Source: a virus (taxonomy: Duplodnaviria; Caudoviricetes). Taken from it: DNA of 64,000 bases. The notes under the pieces are model-generated. The model had not been told where the DNA came from and did no database searches. It saw only the letters and a list, made by a program, of their open reading frames with translations. Made by a program: the position numbers and the translations under genes. The stretch's first letter is position 1, and every line of letters begins with the position of its first letter. Of this stretch, positions 19,301-28,298 are shown piece after piece. Location of the stretch: positions 96,001-160,000 of the IMG/VR virus record IMGVR_UViG_3300013121_000017. One strand, written 5' to 3'.

Positions 19301-20545
19301 ATGGTCAACTATGGCGTCTGTGCTGCTGGATACCCCGTCTACCACGTCGAAATGAAAGACGCCTCGATTTGCGAGGCATCCATCGTTGCCAACTGCGGCT
19401 CATCCCATGAAGAAAAAGATTCATGGGGGGTGGCCCACTTCTTGGAACACATGTGCTTCCAGGGAACACCCACCAAGAACAAGCATCAGGTCGGACGCGA
19501 ACAGGCTCTGGTCGGGCAGTACAACGCCTACACCAGCCAGTTCAACACCGTCTACCACTTCAACTCCCTGGCCGAAGACTTCGAGAAGGGCTTGGTGCTT
19601 CTGAAGGAAGCGGTCTTCGATTCGTCCTACCCCGAGCAGGAATTCGAGAAGGAAAAGAACGTCATCGTTGAAGAGTGGCGGATGTACGACAACTACCCCA
19701 CCGAACACTTCTTCGACTTCATCACAGAGAAGTGCTTCGGGCCGGCAGAAGGTCACGCCATCATCGGCACTGAGGCGTCGATCCGCAGCATGAATCCCGA
19801 GAAGCTGCACCGCTTCCGCAACAAGTGGTACGGCAAGGAAAACCTCTCCATCGTGGTCGTAGGCAACCTTGACTTTCACCGCGTCATGGATGCCCTGAAC
19901 CACTACCTGCCGCCGGGAACCGAAGTCGAAAAGAGTCCAGCACGGTTGACGAAATTCTGCGCGACCGACGAGAAGTACACCTTCGAGACTGACCGCTTCG
20001 AGCAAGCCGCATTTGGCCTGATGATGAAGTGGCCATCGTCGCGGGAGAGCTACGCCAACCGCTACATCAGCAGCTTCTTCTCATCGGCCCTGTCGAAGTA
20101 CATGTTCGAGTACATCCGCGACGACCTGGGCCTCTGCTACGGGGTCTGGACCAGCCGCTTCCACCACTTCGACCGGAACCATGTCATCCTGTCGATGCTG
20201 ACCAACAACAACTATCTGGAGAAGGCTGAAGCGGAACTGGAGAACCTCTTCGATAAGATCAAGAAGGAAGGGTTCCCCGACGAACTCTTCGAGATCTCGA
20301 AGAAGCAACTGACCTACAACCAAGTCAAGACGCTGGAGAGCGTCCACGGCGTCAGCCACTCGGTCGTCAACGGCATTGGAAGCTGCGAAGACCGACGCTG
20401 GTTCCTCGAAACCGGGTGCAAGAGCCTGGACCCGACGTGGCTCAAGAGCGTGGCCGCAGAACTGACTCAGCACGACCTGAAGAAGTTCGCCAACGACTGG
20501 CTGCACGGCTACACCAAGTTTGCGATGGTTTCAACCAAGAAATGA
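19301..20545 (+). CDS. M16 (pitrilysin/inverzincin) family zinc peptidase
   Basis: GVAHFLEHMCFQGT (HxxEH), NAYTS, EKNVIVEE. Confidence 0.92.
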   Translation: MVNYGVCAAGYPVYHVEMKDASICEASIVANCGSSHEEKDSWGVAHFLEHMCFQGTPTKNKHQVGREQALVGQYNAYTSQFNTVYHFNSLAEDFEKGLVLLKEAVFDSSYPEQEFEKEKNVIVEEWRMYDNYPTEHFFDFITEKCFGPAEGHAIIGTEASIRSMNPEKLHRFRNKWYGKENLSIVVVGNLDFHRVMDALNHYLPPGTEVEKSPARLTKFCATDEKYTFETDRFEQAAFGLMMKWPSSRESYANRYISSFFSSALSKYMFEYIRDDLGLCYGVWTSRFHHFDRNHVILSMLTNNNYLEKAEAELENLFDKIKKEGFPDELFEISKKQLTYNQVKTLESVHGVSHSVVNGIGSCEDRRWFLETGCKSLDPTWLKSVAAELTQHDLKKFANDWLHGYTKFAMVSTKK

Positions 20546-21315
20546 AAATCAAACTCTACATCGTCACATACAAGAACAGGTTGGACTTGGAGTCCAACCT
20601 GAACTCACTAGATGATAACGGACATGAATTGTCGGTTTTTATCATCAACAACCATTCCGATTTTTCCCTGATGACCGACAGGGATGTTACAGTTCTTCAC
20701 AACGTACTAAGGCCAGACTTCTCAACGGGCCATCTGTCACGAAACTGGAATCAGGCAATCATAAACGGATTCCGCGACCTGAATAACCCGGAATGCGATC
20801 TGGTAATCACTGCACAAGACGACACACTTTGGTCTAAGAATGCCATCGACAAGCTGGCTAAACTAAGTCAGAGATTCTCGTTCGTCACCTGTGGTATTGG
20901 CGACAACGTTTGCTCTTACCGGCCAGAGGCCGTGAAAAATATCGGACTATGGGATGAACGCTTCTGCAACATCGGTTACCAAGAGGCCGACTACTTTCTC
21001 CGCGCCTTAATCTACAACGGTCAGAACTCCAGCATCAACGATTACGGACACGGTCGAGTCATCAACCCACACAACGAAGACATCGCCAAACGCACCAGAC
21101 CAGTGTCGCCAGAGACGTTGACCGAGGCCCACCACAAATCGACACAGTTCCACCCAATCACCGAGAACTTGTTCCGCCGCAAGTGGGGAGTCAACCCTCA
21201 CCACTGGCAGTTTCTCAAACACCTGCCATCCCCGCTATTGCCAAGCTTTGTCTACTACCCGTACTTCGAGAAAGACGTGATAGACCTGAAGGGCAAAGGT
21301 TACATCCTACCTTAG
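20542..21315 (+). CDS. Putative glycosyltransferase (GT2-like)
   Basis: IVTY, QDD, IGLWDERF...EADY motifs. Confidence 0.7.
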   Translation: MKIKLYIVTYKNRLDLESNLNSLDDNGHELSVFIINNHSDFSLMTDRDVTVLHNVLRPDFSTGHLSRNWNQAIINGFRDLNNPECDLVITAQDDTLWSKNAIDKLAKLSQRFSFVTCGIGDNVCSYRPEAVKNIGLWDERFCNIGYQEADYFLRALIYNGQNSSINDYGHGRVINPHNEDIAKRTRPVSPETLTEAHHKSTQFHPITENLFRRKWGVNPHHWQFLKHLPSPLLPSFVYYPYFEKDVIDLKGKGYILP

Positions 21316-21422
21316 TCACATTTTTCAAACGATGGCAAACTACAATATGTTGTCCTCGGGGGCTGCTCACGCCCCCAAACACATGCCTGATTGAGGACTA
21401 AGGTTGTCTAGCAGAAAAGGAT

Positions 21423-22319
21423 GTGAGTATGATCTACAGCAATCACTTCGTCATGTGCGTTCTCGTCAACGGCAAGCCCTTGAAGGAACGAGCAGACGGC
21501 ATCGTGGCGATCCCGCTCGGTGCTGAGTACACCATCAGATTCAAAAACAAGAACAGCCGACGAGCAATGGTGAAGTTCACCATCGACGGCGAGGATGCGT
21601 CCGGCAACGGCTACGTCATCAGTGCGCACAGCGACATTGAGATTCGTCGCTTTGCCGACCGCGATCAAATGTTCAAGTTCGTGGATCTGGATAGTGGTGA
21701 GGCTCAACTCGAAGGCAAGAATGGTCCAAACTGGGACGGCAGCAAGGGTGTGATCGAGGCCAAGTTCTACCTCGAAAAACAGTACACACCGCCGCCCCCG
21801 CCGGTCTATGTCCCGCAGCCATACCCAGTCCCATACCCGGTCCCGGTCTACCCGCGTCCGCGTCCCTGGTACGACAAATACAACGGCCCTGTCTGGGTCG
21901 ATAACACCTATAAACCGACATACAACCCCTCCTACACCTGCGATTCCAAGGGCATGTCGGCTGGGGTTACAAGAGGAATGTCGGCAGGCAACGCTGGTCC
22001 GGCATCGTTCGCCATGAACGATTGTGGTCCAGTAGGCGCGGAGGCAATCGGCGGCTGCGTGCCTTGCAGCTATACGCCGCCGGCTGGTCCTGCTCCAATG
22101 ACTGAGGGCGTGACGGTCGGCGGCTCAGTCTCAGGCCAGAGGTTCACCACGGTGTACTTTGACGCCGAGACGGATTACGTCACTCTCCGACTGGTTCTTC
22201 GTGGTACGAACGAGGTCGTACAGCCGGTCGTGGAAGAAGTCGAATACTGCCCGAACTGCGGAACAAAGAGAGGTCGCAAGAGTGACAAGTTCTGCGGGAA
22301 ATGCGGAAGTAAACTGTAA
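21423..22319 (+). CDS. Hypothetical protein with Pro-rich linker and C-terminal zinc ribbon
   Basis: EYTIRFKN...IDG; CPNCG...FCGKCG. Confidence 0.75.
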   Translation: MSMIYSNHFVMCVLVNGKPLKERADGIVAIPLGAEYTIRFKNKNSRRAMVKFTIDGEDASGNGYVISAHSDIEIRRFADRDQMFKFVDLDSGEAQLEGKNGPNWDGSKGVIEAKFYLEKQYTPPPPPVYVPQPYPVPYPVPVYPRPRPWYDKYNGPVWVDNTYKPTYNPSYTCDSKGMSAGVTRGMSAGNAGPASFAMNDCGPVGAEAIGGCVPCSYTPPAGPAPMTEGVTVGGSVSGQRFTTVYFDAETDYVTLRLVLRGTNEVVQPVVEEVEYCPNCGTKRGRKSDKFCGKCGSKL

Positions 22320-22325
22320 CCAACG

Positions 22326-22350
22326 GAGGCCGGCGAAAGCCGGCCTCTTT
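22326..22350 (+). terminator. Terminator hairpin between convergent genes
   Basis: GAGGCCGGC-GAAA-GCCGGCCTC-TTT. Confidence 0.75.
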
Positions 22351-23150
22351 CATTTGATAGACGTATTGCTCATGTCGTAGTTGCCAGACTTCCAGTTGCG
22401 ATTGTCACTGAACATCTCGTCTGGGTCTTTGTAGTCGCGGACATTGTACCCAAGCCTACTCTTCACCAGATCAGAGCATTTGGCAAAGGTGTCGTCCGCC
22501 CACACATTGATCTGCTGTTTCATGAACGCCAATGTGACATTCATTTGCAACAGTGGACGCAGCTTGCCGGAACGGTTGATTCCGGCTTTGTGCCAAACGG
22601 CTCCATCCATCGCAAACACGGTTCCTGCCGGAACAAGCAATTTCTTGGAATGCTTCTCAAGGAACTCCTGACTCGGCATGTGTTGGAAAAGATGACTGGA
22701 AGGAACGTACTCGGTGGGGCCAACCTCTTCGACAAAGTCTACCAGGGGGATCATGAGCAAAACACAGGTGCGAGTATCCTTGAACCACGGAGCGTCTCGA
22801 TGAAAACGCAGGTGGACCGGACCACCGCCTGAACTGTCGCTCTCTTCGCTGGTAATGATGCCGTGGTATCCATGAAGGATCGCCCTCTCATTCAAGACGG
22901 CGTTGACAAAGTCGTTGAACCACGAAGACTCCAACAAACTCAAGTAGTTTTCATGGAAGCTGCCGCAATTTCGCAGTATTTCCAATGATCCATACTTGCT
23001 GAGTTTCTCCTTGCCATGTTTCTGTATGTGGTCGGCTTTGCGTTCCTTGAGATCTTCGCGAAAGAAAACAATCTGCTCATCGGTAAGCAACCGACCAAGG
23101 TTGGCACAACCGTGGATGTTCATTTCCTCTTTGATCAAATTCAAATTCAT
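22350..23150 (-). CDS. 2OG-Fe(II) dioxygenase, PhyH family
   Basis: HRD, GPTEYVPSSH, WHKAGIN...R motifs. Confidence 0.85.
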   Translation of the reverse strand: MNLNLIKEEMNIHGCANLGRLLTDEQIVFFREDLKERKADHIQKHGKEKLSKYGSLEILRNCGSFHENYLSLLESSWFNDFVNAVLNERAILHGYHGIITSEESDSSGGGPVHLRFHRDAPWFKDTRTCVLLMIPLVDFVEEVGPTEYVPSSHLFQHMPSQEFLEKHSKKLLVPAGTVFAMDGAVWHKAGINRSGKLRPLLQMNVTLAFMKQQINVWADDTFAKCSDLVKSRLGYNVRDYKDPDEMFSDNRNWKSGNYDMSNTSIK

Positions 23151-23211
23151 GGTCCCTTCCAGAAGCAACTGCATACGGGCATTATATTTACTTGCCGAGG
23201 AAAGGAATCCA

Positions 23212-23862
23212 TTATCGCGACCCGAGATAGGTGTCGGCGTTCATCAGGGTGTAATGTGCCTGATGTGCGTTGCCCAGCACATCGTAGCACTTCGGTTCCT
23301 TCCACTGCCGATACGCCTCGAACATCTGCACAGCACACACCTGGGGCGGCATCTGACCGATTGCTGTGCCGAGGCCGGGACACAGGATGGCCCGGAAACC
23401 ATGCCCGTCAGCCTCACGCAAGGCGGCGCGGAATGCCAGCATCGCGTTGACTGTGCTGCTCACATTCATCGGCACACGCATCGTAGGAGCAGAGATGAGG
23501 TAGGGAATACGGTTGCACCGCTCACGCAACCGTTCGCCGTCTGGACGTTTCACACGGGCTGCCTGGGGCCGCATGTCGATCACCGTGGCCTGTCCGACCA
23601 AAAGCTCGCCCTGGTACTGTCCCCAGATCTTCTCACGGAGGTCGTCGCCGATGCCCCAACCGAAGTAATCACTGTAGACAAAGTCAATGCCGCCGTCCAT
23701 GAATCCGAACGAGTTGGCCGGACTGACGATGGCGTCCACGTCAAGATGTTCACCTTCGGCAAAGATGTCGCCACAGGAAACATGGATGTTTGGGTTGTCA
23801 CTGAAGACATTTCGCCATGCTTCAACGAGAGCAGCACTGCGGTCGCGGAGGTAGATTTTCAT
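23212..23862 (-). CDS. Macrodomain protein (ADP-ribose binding/hydrolase)
   Basis: DAIVSPANSFGFMDGGID, APTMRVP, PGLGT. Confidence 0.92.
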   Translation of the reverse strand: MKIYLRDRSAALVEAWRNVFSDNPNIHVSCGDIFAEGEHLDVDAIVSPANSFGFMDGGIDFVYSDYFGWGIGDDLREKIWGQYQGELLVGQATVIDMRPQAARVKRPDGERLRERCNRIPYLISAPTMRVPMNVSSTVNAMLAFRAALREADGHGFRAILCPGLGTAIGQMPPQVCAVQMFEAYRQWKEPKCYDVLGNAHQAHYTLMNADTYLGSR

Positions 23863-23914
23863 GCTCTAAGAGAGTTGTCGCTGAAAAATATGGCCGGCTT
23901 AGTCGTGTATTAAC

Positions 23915-24220
23915 ATGAGCCAAATCTACTTGCTTGGGCGTGAAGACTCGGAAGGTCTTGCCCGATTGAATCGCAGGCCACTGCTGACCTTTGATGATGA
24001 GGTCGGTGGATGGGACACCTTGCACGCCAACGATGAGGCGGCGTACTTCCACATGCCGAGATTCGGCAATGGAGAAGTCGTCGCCATGATCGCCGGGGAA
24101 CCCGCCCTGAAGGTCTTCGACTCCCGCGTTGAAGACAGGAAGCAGGAGTCGAAGGTGATCCCTGAAGATGCACCGTGGCCAACCATCACCTATCAGGTGC
24201 GGTTTGGCAGCGACCAATGA
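23915..24220 (+). CDS. Hypothetical protein
   Basis: Fills the gap between minus-strand genes. Confidence 0.5.
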   Translation: MSQIYLLGREDSEGLARLNRRPLLTFDDEVGGWDTLHANDEAAYFHMPRFGNGEVVAMIAGEPALKVFDSRVEDRKQESKVIPEDAPWPTITYQVRFGSDQ

Positions 24221-24682
24221 TCAGATGCCGATCTGGTTCCGGTGGAAGATGATCTGCTTCATCGGAATCCAGTTCGCACACTCTTCTTTGTCCGCCCGCG
24301 CGGCGAGTTCATCGAACGTCACGAACTCCCATCCTTCACACTTATGGGGTTCCATGTTGACCGGCTCGCCCTCGATCCAGTCGGCCACCATGAAGATCGT
24401 GATGTAGTGCTTGCCGTACTGCGGCATGATGTCGTTGGTGATGAAGAAGGCCGGCTGCAACGCCGCGTATGGCCGCACCTTCACCTTCATCTGCTCGCCG
24501 CACTCTTCCTCCAACTCCCGCAAGACACAATTCGACCACGTCTCGCCAAAATCCAGATGCCCACCAGGGAAACTGTACAAACCAGCAGCATGTGATCCTT
24601 TCCGCTTGCCCAGCAACACCTTGCGGTCGCGGATCACCATCACCCCGGTCCCGACCCTGACGATGTTTTGTGAAGATTCCAT
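24221..24682 (-). CDS. Nudix hydrolase (MutT/NUDT15-like)
   Basis: GGHLDFGET...RELEEECG Nudix box; EPHKCEGWE. Confidence 0.92.
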   Translation of the reverse strand: MESSQNIVRVGTGVMVIRDRKVLLGKRKGSHAAGLYSFPGGHLDFGETWSNCVLRELEEECGEQMKVKVRPYAALQPAFFITNDIMPQYGKHYITIFMVADWIEGEPVNMEPHKCEGWEFVTFDELAARADKEECANWIPMKQIIFHRNQIGI

Positions 24683-24747
24683 GAAGACTCCAGATTCCTT
24701 GTTACTGAAGGCCGGTTTCGGTCCCTTATAAGTGTAGAGGGACGCGA

Positions 24748-25119
24748 TTAAAGGAACTTCTTCGGGATGCGTTTCTCGCTCACCGGCTTTCCATTCTGGT
24801 TCCGCAGAAACGTTCTGCCGCCGGGCATGGTGTACTCGTACAGGTAGTCGCCGGTGGGTTCGTCCACGGCGATGACATGGCAGAGTCGATCACCCTGGTT
24901 GATGTTGTCGTAAAACGTGTCGCCGACCCGGTAGGGGAAGCGACACTGGAACTTGGTGTTGGGGCCGATGTTCGTGAGTTCGTACACCGGCTCCCGCACC
25001 ACCGCACCCGGAGGGAACGGCATGTTCAGGACGTGTGCCAGTTCCGATTCATGGCACGCCAGCCGCTTGACTTCGCGGTTGTTCTCGTCGGTCCAGATTA
25101 CTTCACGCCAGCGGCTCAT
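24748..25119 (-). CDS. Hypothetical protein
   Basis: ATGA overlap with the upstream gene. Confidence 0.65.
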   Translation of the reverse strand: MSRWREVIWTDENNREVKRLACHESELAHVLNMPFPPGAVVREPVYELTNIGPNTKFQCRFPYRVGDTFYDNINQGDRLCHVIAVDEPTGDYLYEYTMPGGRTFLRNQNGKPVSEKRIPKKFL

Positions 25120-25487
25120 GGTTCCGCCTCGAATGATTTCACCTCGAACTGAACGTGATCGCCATCGGGCATGACGACGACGAGATGTGCCGTGCCGTTC
25201 TCGTTCCAGAACTGCACATCATCCACCTTGGAGGTATCCTTGATCGAGATCTCGTATGGTCCCGTGATGACAACGCGAATGGCGTTGTTGCCCTCTACCT
25301 TCCCGTTCCCGATCACTTGAACTTCACAGTGACATTCGTCACGGAAGCGAGGAGCGTTATCATACATCTTAGAAGCGGGGCAGAGTTCCACAGTGACAAG
25401 ACCACTGATCTTCCGAAGCAGCTTGCGGGCCAAAGTAACATCGCCCTCATCCGAGACGATGTACATGGGTTTGAAAATCGCACTCAT
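25116..25487 (-). CDS. Hypothetical protein
   Basis: ATGA overlaps on both sides. Confidence 0.65.
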   Translation of the reverse strand: MSAIFKPMYIVSDEGDVTLARKLLRKISGLVTVELCPASKMYDNAPRFRDECHCEVQVIGNGKVEGNNAIRVVITGPYEISIKDTSKVDDVQFWNENGTAHLVVVMPDGDHVQFEVKSFEAEP

Positions 25488-25930
25488 TCACGCACCTTGA
25501 CCTTTCCTTGCATCTCGTCCGCCTTCTGCTTCGCGCCGAAGCAGGAGACTTCGAGGTCCGACAGTTCCCGCTGGAACCGCTCCAGTTGGTTCTTGTCGGC
25601 GTTGTAGATGGCGGTCCCGCCGTCACCGAAGTGCGGCTTGTAGAACGTGCGCTGGACGCCGGGGACCGGAGACAGATAGCCCTCATCGAAGATGGCCTCC
25701 TGCTCGGGCGTCAGCTTGAACGTAAGCGGCGTGCCGTGCTGGTCACACGGAGGAACGCCAGGATCACCGTAATTGGCGATGTAGCCGGCGAGGCTGCCGC
25801 CACAGCGGTCGATCCACGCCTTCTGTTGAGTGATGCGGTCACGAAGCCACAGGATCTTTTTCCAAACGAGCATGGGTTTGTACCTCCTGAAGCACACGCA
25901 CGGTTTCAGATCGTCTCTGAAACCGTGCAT
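25484..25930 (-). CDS. Hypothetical protein
   Basis: Starts 5 nt after the DUF5131 stop. Confidence 0.6.
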   Translation of the reverse strand: MHGFRDDLKPCVCFRRYKPMLVWKKILWLRDRITQQKAWIDRCGGSLAGYIANYGDPGVPPCDQHGTPLTFKLTPEQEAIFDEGYLSPVPGVQRTFYKPHFGDGGTAIYNADKNQLERFQRELSDLEVSCFGAKQKADEMQGKVKVRE

Positions 25931-25935
25931 GAGAT

Positions 25936-26826
25936 TTATTCGGCCAGAGGCAGGGACACCCTGCCAGCGGCCAGATTGTCCAGAACTGCCAGGGCTTCCT
26001 GACGTTCCTGTTCCTCGTTCGCCGCCCTGGTTGCGACGGCTTTCTGAGCGGCTTCCTTGGGATTCTTTGCCTTCGCCGCGACGGGCGCGAAGACGTGACC
26101 ACAGGGAAACTCCTCGTAGATCTTCCCGTCCAGCGTGTTGTCCTCGCCGGACTTGAAGCTCGACCCCTGCTTGTAGAAGAACGCCTTGCCGTGCTGACGG
26201 CAGAGGGCGAGGGCGTCCCTGGCCCACTGCGGATCATGCTGGCGGAAGCCTGCACCGGACTCGCCGCCGAAGATGACCCAATCGACCTTGCTGTAGTCCA
26301 TCTTGTCCAGAGGGCCGGTAGCCGGCTCGTAGCTGACGAAGTGGCAGACTGCCGGCGCACTCGTCAGTTGCTTGACGCGGGGAGCGAACTTGTTTTCCTC
26401 GATGGTCGTGCCGAGCCAGACGTTCGGGTAGCCCTGGCCCCAATCAGCGGGCAAGAAGTCCTTGATCCTGGCGGGCCGCTTCGTCAAAAGCTGCCAGATC
26501 AGGTTCGGTGTGGCGCGGATGAGGGGCCACAGCTTCTTCAACTCCGCGATGACGGTCGGGTGATCCTCGAACACGTCGCACATGGACGAGCAGAAGACAA
26601 GACGCTTGACGCCATCCTTGACGGCGGTCTTCTCCCACTTCAACGGCTCGTTCCAGTGCTTGTCGGGGAACGTGCGGCGGGGCTTGTTCGGACCCCACAC
26701 GTCAAAGCCGAACCGCAGTGCGAGCGTCTCAGCGTAACAGTTGTCACATGCAGGGCTGACTTTTTCGCAGCCCCACACGATGTTGAACGTGTGATTCGTC
26801 CAACTGATACCAGTTTTCTCTGCCAT
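25936..26826 (-). CDS. DUF5131 (phage Gp37/Gp68-like) protein
   Basis: TGISWT, GCEKVSPACDNCYA, LLTKRP, WVIFGGESG, FFYKQ. Confidence 0.92.
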   Translation of the reverse strand: MAEKTGISWTNHTFNIVWGCEKVSPACDNCYAETLALRFGFDVWGPNKPRRTFPDKHWNEPLKWEKTAVKDGVKRLVFCSSMCDVFEDHPTVIAELKKLWPLIRATPNLIWQLLTKRPARIKDFLPADWGQGYPNVWLGTTIEENKFAPRVKQLTSAPAVCHFVSYEPATGPLDKMDYSKVDWVIFGGESGAGFRQHDPQWARDALALCRQHGKAFFYKQGSSFKSGEDNTLDGKIYEEFPCGHVFAPVAAKAKNPKEAAQKAVATRAANEEQERQEALAVLDNLAAGRVSLPLAE

Positions 26827-26871
26827 GATCGCTCCCTATTGCATGGTGTCGTCAAATTCGCTCATGGGGTC

Positions 26872-26974
26872 AGTATAGGCAAGGTTGGGCCAGTTGTAAA
26901 CCGGAGAAAGTTTGAGCCAACGTAGCGACTATTTGTAAAGTCGCACTTTACAATCAGCGCGATTTGCCTATACT
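26872..26974. promoter_or_regulatory. Divergent sigma70-like promoters with a central palindrome
   Basis: TTTACA-N17-TATACT on minus, TTTACA-N16-TATACT on plus; TTGTAAAGT-CGC-ACTTTACAA at 26933-26953. Confidence 0.7.
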
Positions 26975-27018
26975 GCATGTGTGGGTTCGCGACAGCCACC
27001 TCACCACGGAGCCAATCG

Positions 27019-28164
27019 ATGGCCAAGCAAACGACGGAAAGCACTACCAGAAGCGAGGTTAAGCCCACCGGCTCAGGCCGATCCGTGGCTCGCACCAGCA
27101 TCGGCGAGTTGTACCACAAGATCCAGCACATGGGTCGATTGCGTGAGGAGCAGGTGATCGAACTCCCCTCTCCAACCATTCCACCCGATCCTTCAATCCC
27201 GGCAGCCAGGATCGATGTCGATGACCCGGCAACGCGGGCCAAGCGAACCCGCGAACAGATCATCGCCGACGCCATCGCGAATGCGGCATACTACGAGGAT
27301 GCCGCTCTCAAGGATGAGATGCGGAAGCCCTGGTTCCACTACGTTCGCAAGCCGTACCAGTACGGTGAGTTCGTGATGCTCTCCCCGGAGATGGCCGAGG
27401 AGTTGCTTCGGTACAACCCCGACAACCGGAACATGAAGCCCTGGTTGACGGCGGCGTACAAGCGTGACATGGAGAAGGAAAACTGGGTTCCCTCTCACGA
27501 AGGGATCGGCATCAACCTGTCCGGCAACATGTTCGACGGTCAGCACCGCGCGGAAGGCGTTGTTGAGTCGAAGAAGTCAGTCCCGATGTGGATCGTCTTC
27601 AACGTGCTGGACGAGGCGAAGTTCGTCACCGACAGCGGTGCGAAGCGAAACGTCAACGAGAAGCTGGCGATGGTGTGCAAGGTTACACTCGCCAACCGCA
27701 CCGCCGGCATGGTCAAGGCTATGATGCGTGGCATCAAGCCCCGCTTCAAGTTCAGCGAGGCCGAGATCGCCGTCTTCGCCAACAACTACTCGAACGTCAT
27801 CGAGTGGATCAGCAAGTACCTGCCCTCGGCGCGGGCCGACGTTCAGGCGGCTCTGGGCAAGGCGTATCTGTGGTTCGGCCCGGAGAAGCTGGAAGGCTTC
27901 TGCGACCGTCTGCGGGAGGCCAACTGGACAGGCGACAACGACCCGGCGAAGACCCTGTTCTTCTATCTCCAGCGTCTGCGAGAGCAGAAGGTCAACAACC
28001 CGATCTCGACCTACAAGAAGACCGTCGCGGCCATCGGTCACGTCGTCAACGGAACGCCGTGTGCCAAGCTGTACGAGTCCCAGGATGACATCTTCGAGTG
28101 GGATGTAGACGGTGACGGCAACTATCACGTCCCGCCGAAGACGGCCCCGGAAGACGATTCGTGA
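27019..28164 (+). CDS. ParB/Srx-like (DGQHR) protein
   Basis: AEELLRYNPDNR...YKRDM...W...DGQHR. Confidence 0.75.
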   Translation: MAKQTTESTTRSEVKPTGSGRSVARTSIGELYHKIQHMGRLREEQVIELPSPTIPPDPSIPAARIDVDDPATRAKRTREQIIADAIANAAYYEDAALKDEMRKPWFHYVRKPYQYGEFVMLSPEMAEELLRYNPDNRNMKPWLTAAYKRDMEKENWVPSHEGIGINLSGNMFDGQHRAEGVVESKKSVPMWIVFNVLDEAKFVTDSGAKRNVNEKLAMVCKVTLANRTAGMVKAMMRGIKPRFKFSEAEIAVFANNYSNVIEWISKYLPSARADVQAALGKAYLWFGPEKLEGFCDRLREANWTGDNDPAKTLFFYLQRLREQKVNNPISTYKKTVAAIGHVVNGTPCAKLYESQDDIFEWDVDGDGNYHVPPKTAPEDDS

Positions 28165-28298
28165 AACAAGAACAGGATGGCGGGCTGGTGAGGTCCGCCA
28201 TCCTTCGGGTAGAATGGTTGCAAGGTTTCAGAGACAGAGAAAAGACGGGCGTGTGACGGTGGGAGACAGTCCCACAACCACTTTCAAGGGAAACTGCG

